A stretch of DNA of 64,000 nucleotides from Veillonellales bacterium. GTDB taxonomy: Bacteria > Bacillota > Negativicutes > Veillonellales > Dialisteraceae. The notes under the pieces are model-generated. The model did not search any database. It worked only from the letters and a program-made list of their open reading frames with translations, and had not been told where the DNA came from. The translations under genes and the position numbers were made by a program. Every line of letters starts with the position of its first letter. Positions within the stretch are counted from its first letter, which is position 1. This document shows positions 7,821 to 18,926 of this stretch, piece by piece. The DNA is taken from NCBI GenBank assembly GCA_944390485.1, contig CALXPQ010000004.1, forward strand, positions 33,985 to 97,984. Direction: 5' to 3'.

Positions 7821-9200
7821 TCATTTCCCCACGCAGAAATTGCGGAAGATGGACGCGATGAGTTCGTCGTCCACGGTGTCGCCGGTGATCTCCCCGAGGG
7901 TGTGCCAGCTCTCCGTGAGGTCCACGGCGATGCAGTCCGCGGGCATGCCGAGGCCGCACGCGGAGAGGGCGCGCTCCACGGCGAGGAGGGCCTTCCGCAC
8001 GAGCTCCACGTGGCGCAGGTTCGTCAGGAAGAGCGCCCGACCGGATTCCGCGTCCTGCGATTCCGTGAGGCGGCTGAGGGCCTCTTCCAGATCGCTGAGG
8101 CCGCTGCCGTACTGCGCGGAGAGGGAGATGACCGGCACGTCTCCGGCGAGCGCCCGCACGGCGTCTTCGCTGATCTCCTGCGGCAGGTCGTATTTATTGA
8201 GGATGACGATGGCCTGCCGTCCCCGGATGGAGGCGAGGAGCTGCCGGTCTTCGTCGGCCATGGGGCGGGAGCCGTCCAGCACGGCGAGGATGAGGTCTGC
8301 CCGCTGCATGGACTGCTTCGTCCGTTCGATGCCGATCTTCTCCACCTGATTGTCCGTATGGCGCAGGCCCGCCGTGTCCATGAGGACCAGCGGCACACCG
8401 CCGATGCGGATGGATTCTTCGATGGTGTCCCGCGTGGTGCCGGGGATGTCCGTCACGATGGCCCGGTCTTCCTGCAGGAGCGCGTTGAGCAGGCTGGACT
8501 TGCCCGCGTTCGGCCGGCCCACGATGGCCGTGCGGAGCCCTTCCCGGATGATGCGGCCCCGCTCGGACCGGGCGAGCAGCTCTTCCATGGGCCCTTTGAT
8601 GGCCCGGAGCCCGCTCTGGATCTCGTCCCGCGTGAGGTCTTCGATGTCCTCTTCCGGGTAGTCGATGGTCACTTCGAGTTTCGTGATGAGGTCTTTCAGC
8701 TGATCCCGCACGCCGTGCACGTACCGGGAGAGCGCGCCGGACAGGTGGCTCTCCGCCTGCGTGAGGGCTGCGCTGCCCCGGGCGGTGATGATGTCCATGA
8801 CCGCTTCCGCCTGCGTGAGGTCGATGCGCCCGTTGAGGAAGGCGCGCTTCGTGAATTCGCCCCGGTCCGCGAGCACGGCGCCCGCTTCGAGGACGAGGGT
8901 GAGCGTCTCCCGGAGGGCTTCCATGCTGCCGTGGATCTGGAGCTCCACCACGTCTTCGCCCGTGTAGGAATGGGGGCCCTTCATATATACGCCGAGGCCT
9001 TCGTCCACGGCGCGGGGCCCGTCCACGACGTGCCCGTAGTACATCCGCCACGGTTCGGCCGCGCGGAAAGACGGGCAGCGCTTCATGCGGAAGACGCGGC
9101 TCCCCACGTCGGCCGCCTGGCTGCCGCTGATGCGGATGATGCCCACGCCTCCTTCCCCGGGCGCGGTGGCGATGGCGGCGATGGTCGTTTCTTCGTACAT
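7821..9200 (-). CDS. mnmE: tRNA modification GTPase MnmE
   Basis: The N-terminus is TIAAIATAPGEGGVGIIRISG, the G-domain has GRPNAGKSSLLNAL, and the C-terminus is FCVGK. Confidence 0.95.
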   Translation of the reverse strand: MYEETTIAAIATAPGEGGVGIIRISGSQAADVGSRVFRMKRCPSFRAAEPWRMYYGHVVDGPRAVDEGLGVYMKGPHSYTGEDVVELQIHGSMEALRETLTLVLEAGAVLADRGEFTKRAFLNGRIDLTQAEAVMDIITARGSAALTQAESHLSGALSRYVHGVRDQLKDLITKLEVTIDYPEEDIEDLTRDEIQSGLRAIKGPMEELLARSERGRIIREGLRTAIVGRPNAGKSSLLNALLQEDRAIVTDIPGTTRDTIEESIRIGGVPLVLMDTAGLRHTDNQVEKIGIERTKQSMQRADLILAVLDGSRPMADEDRQLLASIRGRQAIVILNKYDLPQEISEDAVRALAGDVPVISLSAQYGSGLSDLEEALSRLTESQDAESGRALFLTNLRHVELVRKALLAVERALSACGLGMPADCIAVDLTESWHTLGEITGDTVDDELIASIFRNFCVGK

Positions 9201-9292
9201 GGCTCCTCCTTGTGAAATCGTGCTGTGTTTCCCTTATTATACGATACGGGCGGGGGAATATCTAACGTCCCTGCGGCCTGCCGGCGGGCAGC

Positions 9293-9336
9293 AAAAAAAC
9301 GCGGGCCCCTGCAGGCATCCGCGTTTCTTTTCTTTT
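9293..9336 (-). terminator. intrinsic terminator (bidirectional)
   Basis: Stem AACGCGG (9298-9304) pairs with CCGCGTT (9319-9325), with an A-run before it and a T-run after it. Confidence 0.6.
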
Positions 9337-9352
9337 TATACAGAGCGCGCCG

Positions 9353-9994
9353 TCATTTGTAGAGATGGAACGGCTCCCGGAGGAATCCCAGATCCCGTGC
9401 GCGGTAGAGGTAACGTGCCGCCGCCGAGGAATAGGGCCGCCACTTGCGGCATTTCTTCTCCACCGCCGCCGCGCTCCGATCCGGGCTTTTGTAGAGCCAC
9501 TGCCACGCCTGCAGAAAGGCCGCGTCCTCCACGGGCAGGATGTCCGGCCGGTCCAGCACGAAGAGGAGCACCATCTTCGCTGTCCACGAGCCGACGCCCC
9601 GGAAGGCGGTGAGAGTTCGCTTCACTTCTTCATCCGTCATGGCGGGCAGAGCGGACAGGTCGAGCGCGCCGCTCCGGACGGCTTCGGTGAGGCCCAGAAG
9701 GTACGACGCCTTCCGCCGGGAGACGCCGGCCGCGCGCAGGTCGTCTTCGGTGAGGCGGGCCATGGCCTCCGGCGTGACCGCGCCGCCGCAGAGCGCCTCC
9801 ACCCGCCCGTAGATGGTCCAGCCCGCGCGGATGGAGAGCATCTGCTCGATGATTTCATGGACGAGAAACGCGTAAGGCTCCCGGTCCGTATCATACGTGA
9901 GCGGGCCGATGCGGCGGATGACTTTCGCGAGCCGCCGGTCCCGCTCCATGAGATGCCGGATGGCCGGCGACGTGTTAGTGAGCGTCTTCTTCAT
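9353..9994 (-). CDS. DNA-3-methyladenine glycosylase II / HhH-GPD base-excision glycosylase (AlkA-like)
   Basis: It has a helix-hairpin-helix segment LTAFRGVGSWTAKMVLLFVLDRPDILPVEDAAF with the catalytic Asp context. The start is at MKKTL (9994) with an AAGGAGG RBS. Confidence 0.75.
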   Translation of the reverse strand: MKKTLTNTSPAIRHLMERDRRLAKVIRRIGPLTYDTDREPYAFLVHEIIEQMLSIRAGWTIYGRVEALCGGAVTPEAMARLTEDDLRAAGVSRRKASYLLGLTEAVRSGALDLSALPAMTDEEVKRTLTAFRGVGSWTAKMVLLFVLDRPDILPVEDAAFLQAWQWLYKSPDRSAAAVEKKCRKWRPYSSAAARYLYRARDLGFLREPFHLYK

Positions 9995-10016
9995 GGGTCC
10001 TCCTTCTCTGTGCACG

Positions 10017-10051
10017 GAAAAACGCGGACAGGCCTGCCGTCCGCGTTTCTT
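10017..10051 (-). terminator. intrinsic terminator downstream of the PBP gene
   Basis: Stem ACGCGGAC (10022-10029) pairs with GTCCGCGT (10039-10046), with flanking A and T runs. Confidence 0.65.
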
Positions 10052-10052
10052 T

Positions 10053-12104
10053 TTATTCTTCGCCTTTCACCTTGCCGGAAATGCGGTCGAGGATCTTGCT
10101 GCCCGCTTCCTTGGCGGCTTTCACGGCGTTCTTTTTCTTTTCTTCCGCCGCTTTCTTCGCTTCCGCGGCCTTCTTCGCCTCTTCGGCTTTCTTCGCTTCC
10201 GCGGCGGCTGCGGCCATGCGCTCGCGGGCCGCTTCGGAGAGCTTGAAGGACGCGGCCGGCGTATTCGCCAGCGCCTGACTCATGAAGTCGCGCCAGATGG
10301 TGGCGGGAAGGGTGCCGCCGGTGTAGCCGGCGTTGGACGAATTGTCGTCGCCCACCCAGACGGCGGCCACCACGTCCGGCGTGTAGCCGATGAACCATGC
10401 GTCGTGCTCATCGTCGGTGGTGCCCGTCTTGCCGGCCATGGGGCGGCCGATGTACGCGCCGCCGCCCGTGCCGTGGAGCACGGCGTCCTGCAGGATGCTG
10501 TTCAGCTCCTGCACGGCGTCTTCCTTCAGCACCTGCCGGCCGGCGGCGGGCGTCTCATGGTCTTCGAGGACGTTGCCGTTCCGGTCGAGCACTTTCACGA
10601 TGGCCATGGGCTCCACGAGGAGGCCGTCGTTGGCGAAGACGCTGTACGCTTTCGCCATATCCCACAGGGTGACGCCCCGGGTGAGGCCGCCGATGGAGGC
10701 GGCAAGGTTCACGTCGCTGTATTCCCCGCTGTCTACGAGGGTGGAGATGCCGCAGTCCTTCGCGGTCTGGATGACGTCGGCGATGCCCACGTCGTTCGCC
10801 AGATTGATGGTGGGGACGTTCAGGGAGTCTACCAGCGCGTCGTGGAGAGTCACCTGCCCGCTGAAGGTGCCGTCGTAGTTCTTCGGCGTCCAGCCGCCGG
10901 CGAAGGTGACTTTCTTATTGTCGATGAGGGTGTAGGAGTGCCGGCCCTTCTCGAGGGCGGTCACGTAGGTGAAGGGCTTGAAGGAGGAGCCCGGCTGGCG
11001 GATCATCTGCACGGCGCGGTTGAAGTGGTCTTCCCCGCGGCCGCCCACCATGGCGAGGATGTGGCCGGTCTTCGCCTCGAGGGCGAGCACGGCGCCCTGC
11101 GGCTGGGTGAGGCCGTTCTCATCCTTGAATCCTTCGGGCAGGTCCTGCTTCACCGCCGCTTCGGCGGCTTTCTGCATGTCCAGGTCGAGGGTGGTGTAGA
11201 CCTGCAGACCTTCTTTATAGATGGCCTCGGAGTCGTACTTGTCGGAGAGCTCCTGCACGATGTACGAGAGGAAATACGAGGCCGTCGCGCCGGTGCCGCC
11301 CGCGTCGGGCTTCGCCAGATGGAGGTCGGCCTGCTTGGCCGCTTCCGCCTCGTCCTTCGTGATGTAGCCGTATTTCGCCATCTGGTCGAGGACGACGGCC
11401 TGACGGGATTTCGCCGCTTCCACGCTGCGGAACGGCGAGTAGTAGTTCGGGCTGTTCGGCAGGCCCGCGATGAGCGCGCACTGCGCCAGGTCGAGGTCCT
11501 TCACGTCCTTGCCGAAGTACACCTTCGACGCGGTCTGGATGCCGTAGCACCCCTGGCCGAAGTAGATCTGGTTCATGTACATCTCGAGGATCTCGTCCTT
11601 CGTGTATTTCCGCTCGATCTCGATGGCGAGCACCGCTTCGAGAAGCTTGCGCTTCAGGGTCTGCTCCTGCGTGAGGAAGGCGTTCCGCGCGAGCTGCTGG
11701 GTGATGGTGCTGCCGCCCTGTCCGGTGGCGTCGCCGGAAATGATGTTATTGTACACCGCGCGGAGGATGCCCCGCGGGTCGATGCCGTGGTGCTCGTAGA
11801 AACGCACGTCCTCCGCCGCGATGAACGCGTGCTGCAGGTCTTCCGGCACCTGCGACAGCGGCACGGGGAGGCGGTTCTCTTCCGCGTGGATGGTGGTGAT
11901 GAGCCGGCCCTTGCGGTCGAAGACCTGCGAGGAGGCGTCCGGCGTCATGGTGCGGGACACGTCCGGCAGGCCGCCCCACACGGCGGAGAGAAAGCCCGCG
12001 GCGGCGCCGCAGGTGATGATGAGCACGATGACGAGGAGAAACAGGAGGATCTTCTTCAAGGGAGACGACCTCTTTTTCTTCCGGTGTATATCCGAATCTT
12101 TCAT
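10053..12104 (-). CDS. class A penicillin-binding protein (glycosyltransferase + transpeptidase, PBP1A type) with a Lys/Ala/Glu-rich C-terminal tail
   Basis: The N-terminal TM segment is followed by GT51 motifs (AFIAAEDVRFYEHHGID, RKLLEAVLAIEIERKYTKDEILEMYMNQIYFG). The transpeptidase motifs are SSFKP and KTGTT. Confidence 0.9.
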   Translation of the reverse strand: MKDSDIHRKKKRSSPLKKILLFLLVIVLIITCGAAAGFLSAVWGGLPDVSRTMTPDASSQVFDRKGRLITTIHAEENRLPVPLSQVPEDLQHAFIAAEDVRFYEHHGIDPRGILRAVYNNIISGDATGQGGSTITQQLARNAFLTQEQTLKRKLLEAVLAIEIERKYTKDEILEMYMNQIYFGQGCYGIQTASKVYFGKDVKDLDLAQCALIAGLPNSPNYYSPFRSVEAAKSRQAVVLDQMAKYGYITKDEAEAAKQADLHLAKPDAGGTGATASYFLSYIVQELSDKYDSEAIYKEGLQVYTTLDLDMQKAAEAAVKQDLPEGFKDENGLTQPQGAVLALEAKTGHILAMVGGRGEDHFNRAVQMIRQPGSSFKPFTYVTALEKGRHSYTLIDNKKVTFAGGWTPKNYDGTFSGQVTLHDALVDSLNVPTINLANDVGIADVIQTAKDCGISTLVDSGEYSDVNLAASIGGLTRGVTLWDMAKAYSVFANDGLLVEPMAIVKVLDRNGNVLEDHETPAAGRQVLKEDAVQELNSILQDAVLHGTGGGAYIGRPMAGKTGTTDDEHDAWFIGYTPDVVAAVWVGDDNSSNAGYTGGTLPATIWRDFMSQALANTPAASFKLSEAARERMAAAAAEAKKAEEAKKAAEAKKAAEEKKKNAVKAAKEAGSKILDRISGKVKGEE

Positions 12105-12174
12105 AATGGTGGTCCTTTCTGGGCCTTTTCGGCCGTTTGCCCTATTATATCACACCCGATAGGGAGAAACGGCG

Positions 12175-13347
12175 TCACGGCAGGCCCCGGCCGGCGGCGG
12201 TGAAGAGGGGGATCATCACCGTGAAGACCACCGCCGCGGTGAGGCCGCCCACGAAGAGGAGGAGCGCCGGCTCGAGGAGGGCTTTCCACCGGGCGAGGAC
12301 GCGCCCGGTCTCTTCCGCCATGAGGCGCGCCGCTTCGCCGAGGAATTCCGGGAGTTCTCCGCCCGCTTCGCCCGCGGCGGCCATGGGGTCGAGCGCCGGG
12401 GAGGACAGGCCGGCCGCGGCGAGGCTTTCCGCGAAGCCGGACCCGCTCGCGAGGGCGGCTTCCGTCCGCCGGATGCGCCGTTTGCCTTCTCCGTTCCCCG
12501 CGGCGGCTTCCGTCAGGCGGAGCGCGTCGGAGAGCGGAGCCCCGCTCCGGAGGAGCGCCGAGAGAGCGGCGCAGAAGCGGATGAGGAAAAGGCGGCGCAC
12601 GAAGCGGGAGCGGAAAAGGAGCCGGTCCCATACCGCCCGTCCCTGCGCGGTGCGCCGCCACAGGAAGAGCGCAAGGCCGATGAGGAGGAGGCCCGCGGGG
12701 AGCGCGGGGCCGTACTGCCGGAGGAAAAGGCCGAGGGCGAGCGCCTGCGCCGTGACGGCGGGCAGCGGCAGGCCCAGCGATTCGAAGAGGAGGGCGAACG
12801 ACGGCAGGATCACCGTGAGGACGAGGAGGAACACCGCCGACGCGAGGCACAGCACGAACGCGGGATAGGCCAGCGCGGCGAGGAACTGCCGGCGCAGGCG
12901 GGCGCTTTTCTCGTAGTACGCGCCTAGGCGGCGGAGCTGCTCCGGGAGTGTGCCGCTCTGCTCGCCAACGGCGACCATGGCAAGGAAGAAGGGCGGGAAC
13001 GCGCCGCTCTGGCGGCAGGCGCCGGCCGCGGTCTGCCCGGAGGCGACGGTCGCCGCGAGGTCCGCGAAGGTCTGCCGCGCCGCGCGCCGCCCGTGCCCCG
13101 CGATGACCGCGAGCGCTTCCGTCATGGGGAGGCCCGCCGAGAGGAGCGACGCCCACTCCCGGCAGAAGAGCGCGAGCGTCCGCCTGGAGAGAAGCTGCGG
13201 GAAGAGGACGCGCACCGGGCGGAGCCGGGCCACCGTGCAGCCCCGCTCCCGCAGGGTGCGCGCCGCCTCTTCCGCGCTGGCCGCGGGGAGCGTGCCCGTG
13301 ACCGCCGCGCCGTTCGCGCGGAACGCTTTGTACCGGTATCGTTTCAT
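12175..13347 (-). CDS. pilC: type IV pilus / type II secretion platform protein (GspF/PilC family)
   Basis: It has the two-repeat GspF architecture: FCREWASLLSAGLPMTEAL... and ...FCAALSALLRSGAPLSDAL, each followed by TM segments. Length is 390 aa. Confidence 0.8.
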   Translation of the reverse strand: MKRYRYKAFRANGAAVTGTLPAASAEEAARTLRERGCTVARLRPVRVLFPQLLSRRTLALFCREWASLLSAGLPMTEALAVIAGHGRRAARQTFADLAATVASGQTAAGACRQSGAFPPFFLAMVAVGEQSGTLPEQLRRLGAYYEKSARLRRQFLAALAYPAFVLCLASAVFLLVLTVILPSFALLFESLGLPLPAVTAQALALGLFLRQYGPALPAGLLLIGLALFLWRRTAQGRAVWDRLLFRSRFVRRLFLIRFCAALSALLRSGAPLSDALRLTEAAAGNGEGKRRIRRTEAALASGSGFAESLAAAGLSSPALDPMAAAGEAGGELPEFLGEAARLMAEETGRVLARWKALLEPALLLFVGGLTAAVVFTVMIPLFTAAGRGLP

Positions 13348-13385
13348 TGGGATTCGCCTCCTGTTTCTTTCATTGTAGCGGTCAT

Positions 13386-13412
13386 GAAAAAATCCGGGGC
13401 GCGCCCCGGAGC
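13386..13412 (-). terminator. intrinsic terminator after the permease gene
   Basis: The palindromic stem TCCGGGGC/GCCCCGGA (13393-13410) is preceded by AAAAAA, which gives a U-run on the minus strand. Confidence 0.6.
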
Positions 13413-13459
13413 TGTAAGGAAAAGAAATCCATGTTACAGAGATAACGAATCCGTCGGAT

Positions 13460-14590
13460 TTATGCGAGGACGGCGGCGAGCGCGCAGAGTGGTCCGAGGA
13501 AGGCCAGATTCCACAGGGTGAAGACCTTCAGGAAGGCCGCCTTCTTGTACGGATAGACCGCCGCGTAGAATTGGAACGTGATGAGGCTTGCCAGCGACGC
13601 CACGAGGGTGCCGAGGCCGCCCAGGTTCACCCCGGTGAGAAGCGCTCCGTAGTCCGCGGTGAAGCCCGAGAGGAGCACCGCCGCAGGGACGTTGCTGATG
13701 ACCTGGCTCGCGAGGAGCCCCGCCCAGAGCTCCCGGCCCGCCACGAGCGCGGTGAGGAGCGCGTTCACTTCCGGGAGCCGCCGCACGTTGCCCACGAAGA
13801 CGAAGAAGCACAGGAAGGTGAGGAGCAGGAACCAGTCCACGCCGCGGAAGAGCCGCCGGTCGAGGAGGAAGACGGCCGCCGCGGTGACGGCGCACACCGG
13901 CTCCCAGGGCAGCGCGCGGAACACCACGAGGAGCGCCAGCGCAAGCAGCGCGAGGTACGGCAGGAGCGCCGGGAAGAGCGGCTTCCGCTCCGCGTCCCCG
14001 CCGAGGGGACCCGCGCCGGCAAAGCGCGCATTGCCGCCCCGCAGGGCCGCCGCGGCAAGCAGTACGAGGGAGAGCGTCGCGTATGGCAGGACCGCCCAGG
14101 CGAAGTCCCCCATGGAGAGGCGCGACACGGACGTGAGGTAGATGTTCTGCGGATTGCCGATGGGCGTGGCCATGCTGCCCAGGTTTGCGGCGATGGTCTC
14201 CAGCACGGTGAGCGTGAGCGCCCGGCGCCCCTCTCCGATGCGCCGGAAAATGAGGAGCGTGAAAGGGATGAACGTGATGAGGGTCACGTCGTTCGTGATG
14301 ACCATGCTGCTCGCAAAGCAGAGCAGCACCAGCGTGAGGGAAAGCCGCCGCAGGGTCCGCGCCCGCGCGAGGAGCGACTCGCCCAGCACGAGAAAAACAC
14401 CGAGCGACCGGAAACCCGCCACGATGCTCATGAGGCAGAAAAGGAGGCCCAGCGTGCGGAAGTCCGGGTACGACAGGTACGCCGCGTCCGGCGGCACGGC
14501 CAGCGCCGAGGCGAACGCCAGCAGGAAGGCGGCGCAGAAGACCGTCTGCCGGCGGAAGAACTGCCGCAGCGCGGCGGAGAACCGATGCAT
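13460..14590 (-). CDS. ArsB/NhaD-superfamily anion permease (CitMHS-like)
   Basis: It is polytopic and hydrophobic throughout, with the motif ANLGSMATPIGNPQNIY typical of this permease superfamily. Confidence 0.6.
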   Translation of the reverse strand: MHRFSAALRQFFRRQTVFCAAFLLAFASALAVPPDAAYLSYPDFRTLGLLFCLMSIVAGFRSLGVFLVLGESLLARARTLRRLSLTLVLLCFASSMVITNDVTLITFIPFTLLIFRRIGEGRRALTLTVLETIAANLGSMATPIGNPQNIYLTSVSRLSMGDFAWAVLPYATLSLVLLAAAALRGGNARFAGAGPLGGDAERKPLFPALLPYLALLALALLVVFRALPWEPVCAVTAAAVFLLDRRLFRGVDWFLLLTFLCFFVFVGNVRRLPEVNALLTALVAGRELWAGLLASQVISNVPAAVLLSGFTADYGALLTGVNLGGLGTLVASLASLITFQFYAAVYPYKKAAFLKVFTLWNLAFLGPLCALAAVLA

Positions 14591-14739
14591 GGGACGCCTC
14601 CTTTCGTCAGAATTTCATCTCCTGACAGTATACCCCGCGGGCGGTGCCGCGCCAAATGGGAGACGCCGGCCTTTCCCTCCCGGCTCTCCCCTGCGTCCGC
14701 GTTCCTGCCTGCCGGCCAATCTGCCATATGCGGGCCAAA

Positions 14740-14771
14740 GAAAAAAGCCCATGCCGAAGCATGAGCTTTTC
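14740..14771 (-). terminator. intrinsic terminator downstream of purA
   Basis: Stem AGCCCATGC (14746-14754) pairs with GCATGAGCT (14759-14767) with one mismatch. The A-run at 14740-14745 gives the minus-strand U-run. Confidence 0.5.
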
Positions 14772-14780
14772 CGTTTCGGA

Positions 14781-16157
<1,377 letters not shown>

Positions 16158-17450
16158 TCAGAGGCCGAACCGGGCGAAAATCTCGTCCACGTGGGCGAGC
16201 ATCGGGCGGTAGTCGAAGCAGGCCTTGATTTCTTCCGGGGTGAGGTACTTGCGCACGTCTTCGTCCTTGCAGAGGTTTTCATAGAAATCTTCGCCCTGGA
16301 GCCAGCGCTTCATGGCGTTGCGCTGCACCCAGCGGTACGCCGTGTCGCGGTACGCGCCCTTCGCGACGAGGGCGAGGAGCACCCGCGGGCTGTAGATGAG
16401 GCCGCCGGTGAGATTCAGGTCGGCGAGCATCTTTTCCGGATAGACGAGGAGCTTGTCGATGAGGTTCGTCGTCTCGTTCAGGATGTAGTCGAGCGCGGTG
16501 GTCGCGTCGGGGAGGATGACGCGCTCCACAGAGGAGTGGGAGATGTCCCGTTCATGCCAGAGCGGCACGTTCTCGAAGGCCGGCACGACGTAGCCCTGGA
16601 TGAGGCGGGCCATGCCGCAGATGCGTTCGCTCCGGACGGGGTTCCGCTTGTGCGGCATCGCGGAGGAGCCTTTCTGCTTCGGGCTGAAATATTCTTCCGC
16701 TTCCCGCACTTCGGTGCGCTGGAGGTGGCGCACTTCGAGGGCGATCTGGGAGAGCGTGGAGGCGATGACGCCGAGGGTGGCCATGTATTCCGCGTGATGG
16801 TCGCGCTGCACCACCTGGGTGGCGATGTCTTCGCGGCGGAGGCCCATCTTCTTGCATACGTATTCTTCCACGTAGGGGTCGATGTCCGCATAGGTGCCCA
16901 CCGCGCCGGAGAGCTTGCCCACGCGCATGTTGTCCGCGGCGTGCTTCATGCGGTCGATGTTGCGCAGGGTCTCGGCGTACCAGAGGAGGAGCTTCAGGCC
17001 GAAGGTGGTGGGCTCGGCGTGGACGCCGTGGGTGCGGCCGATGGTGGGGGTGTGCTTGAATTCCACCGCGCGGCGCTTCAGCACGTCCGCGAGGCGCTGG
17101 AGGTCGTCCAGGATGACGTCGGACGCCTGGGAGAGCTGCACGCACAGGCCGGTGTCCTTCACGTCGGTGGAGGTGAGGCCCATGTGGATGTACTTCGCTT
17201 CGTCGCCCACGTGCTCGCCCACGCAGGTGAGGAAGGCGATGATGTCGTGGTTGATCTCCGCGTCGATCTCATGGATGCGGTCCACGTCGAAGTCGGCCTT
17301 CGCCTTGATGACGTCCACCGCTTCCTTCGGGATGCGGCCCAGCTCGGCGTTCGCTTCGCACGCGGCGATCTCCACATCGAGCATGGTCTGCCATTCGTTT
17401 CTTTCATTCCAGATCTTTTCCATCACAGGACGGGTATATCTCGGTATCAT
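16158..17450 (-). CDS. purB: adenylosuccinate lyase
   Basis: The fumarate-lyase superfamily signature GSSAMPHKRNP and PurB-type N- and C-termini are present. Confidence 0.95.
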   Translation of the reverse strand: MIPRYTRPVMEKIWNERNEWQTMLDVEIAACEANAELGRIPKEAVDVIKAKADFDVDRIHEIDAEINHDIIAFLTCVGEHVGDEAKYIHMGLTSTDVKDTGLCVQLSQASDVILDDLQRLADVLKRRAVEFKHTPTIGRTHGVHAEPTTFGLKLLLWYAETLRNIDRMKHAADNMRVGKLSGAVGTYADIDPYVEEYVCKKMGLRREDIATQVVQRDHHAEYMATLGVIASTLSQIALEVRHLQRTEVREAEEYFSPKQKGSSAMPHKRNPVRSERICGMARLIQGYVVPAFENVPLWHERDISHSSVERVILPDATTALDYILNETTNLIDKLLVYPEKMLADLNLTGGLIYSPRVLLALVAKGAYRDTAYRWVQRNAMKRWLQGEDFYENLCKDEDVRKYLTPEEIKACFDYRPMLAHVDEIFARFGL

Positions 17451-18847
17451 TCTATGTCTCCCTTCGGTTTTCCTTCACGCGCGCAGATTTCCCGGCCGAC
17501 GACGACGCCCGCCGCGGAGGCCTGCGCGAGACCTCTCGTAATGCCCGCGCCGTCTCCGATGGCGAAGAGGTTCTCGATCTTCGTCTCCAGCTCGTAGGAC
17601 AGCTCCATGCGGGAAGAATAAAATTTGACTTCCACGCCGTACAGCAGCGTATGGCGGGAATTGGCCCCCGGCGCGATCTCGTCGAGCGCCTCGAACATCT
17701 CCATGATGTCCGTGAGGAAGCGGTACGGCAGGACCAGCGACAGGTCGCCCGGCGTGGCGCTCGGCATGGTGGGCCGCACGAGGCCGCGGCGGATGCGCTC
17801 AGCCGTGGAGCGCCGGCCGTCCCGGAGATCGCCCAGGCGCTGCACGATGGGGCCGCCGCCCAGCATGTTCGCCAGCGAGGCGATGTACTTGCCGTAGGCG
17901 ATGGGCTCCTTGAACGGTTCGGTGAACTGCTTCGACACGAGGACGGCGAAGTTCGTGTTGGCGCTCCGCTTGTGGGCGTAGCTGTGGCCGTTCACCGTCT
18001 GGAGGCCGTCGTTGTTCTCCGCCACGACGAATCCGTAGGGATTCATGCAGAACGTGCGCACCCGGTCATCGAAGCGGCGGCTGTAGTAGATGAGCTTCGA
18101 CTCGTAGCAGATGTCCGTGATCGGCTCGTACACCTCCGCCGGGGACTCCACCCGGACGCCGATGTCCACGGCGTTCGACGCGGTGGAGAGGCCCAGCCGC
18201 GCCGCTTCCTTCCGGAGCCACTCCGCGCCCTCGCGTCCCGGCGCGGCCACGACGTACTTCGCGCGGATGGTTTCGCCGCCGATGCGGACGCCCGCCGCCC
18301 GGCCGTCTTCCACGAGGATCTCGTCCACGGCGGTGCGGCAGCGCACCGCCACGTTCGGCGGGAGCGCGTCCCGCATGTGCTCGAGGATCCGGCTGTTCAC
18401 GTCGGTGCCCAGATGGCGGATGCGAGCGGGGATGAAGGCCAGGTCCGCCGCCGCGGCGCGCCGCTTCAGCGCGTGCAGCTCCTCTTTGTATTCGTCGCCG
18501 TAGATCTTGCGGTCCGCGCCGCCGTAGCGGCAGTACACGCTGTCCACGTAGGCGATGAGGCGGGCCAGCTCCCCTTTGTTCATGTAGTCGTCCAGGTTGC
18601 CGCCGTACTCCGTGGTGAGCGTGAGCTTGCCGTCGGAGAAAGCGCCCGCGCCGCCCCAGCCGGAGACGAGGTTCGTGCGCCGGTCCTTTGCGGGGGCGGT
18701 GCGGTCCTGATTGAGCGCCGCGCGTTCCCGGATGTCCAGTCCCTTCTCGGCGATGAGGATCGACGCGCCCGTGCCGGCCAGCTCCAGCGCGGTGAAGATG
18801 CCCGCCGGCCCCGCGCCGATGATGATCACATCATACTGCTTCGTCAA
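17447..18847 (-). CDS. FAD-dependent oxidoreductase (COG2509-type NAD(FAD)-utilizing dehydrogenase)
   Basis: YDVIIIGAGPAGIFTALELA is a Rossmann dinucleotide motif, with C-terminal FAIGDGAGITRG. The start is TTG at 18847. The stop overlaps the purB start as ATGA. Confidence 0.75.
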   Translation of the reverse strand: MTKQYDVIIIGAGPAGIFTALELAGTGASILIAEKGLDIRERAALNQDRTAPAKDRRTNLVSGWGGAGAFSDGKLTLTTEYGGNLDDYMNKGELARLIAYVDSVYCRYGGADRKIYGDEYKEELHALKRRAAAADLAFIPARIRHLGTDVNSRILEHMRDALPPNVAVRCRTAVDEILVEDGRAAGVRIGGETIRAKYVVAAPGREGAEWLRKEAARLGLSTASNAVDIGVRVESPAEVYEPITDICYESKLIYYSRRFDDRVRTFCMNPYGFVVAENNDGLQTVNGHSYAHKRSANTNFAVLVSKQFTEPFKEPIAYGKYIASLANMLGGGPIVQRLGDLRDGRRSTAERIRRGLVRPTMPSATPGDLSLVLPYRFLTDIMEMFEALDEIAPGANSRHTLLYGVEVKFYSSRMELSYELETKIENLFAIGDGAGITRGLAQASAAGVVVGREICAREGKPKGDIE

Positions 18848-18866
18848 TGGTCATCCTTCCCCTCTG

Positions 18867-18897
18867 AAAACAAAAAACGCCCCGCAGGCGGGGAGCG
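18867..18897 (-). terminator. intrinsic terminator inside the 5' leader of the oxidoreductase-purB operon (attenuator or sRNA end)
   Basis: The minus strand reads CUCCCCGCCUGCGGGGCG followed by UUUUUUGUUUU. It lies between the promoter at 18927-18955 and the RBS. Confidence 0.55.
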
Positions 18898-18926
18898 ATG
18901 GAATCGGAAAAATTTATTCCCTTTTA

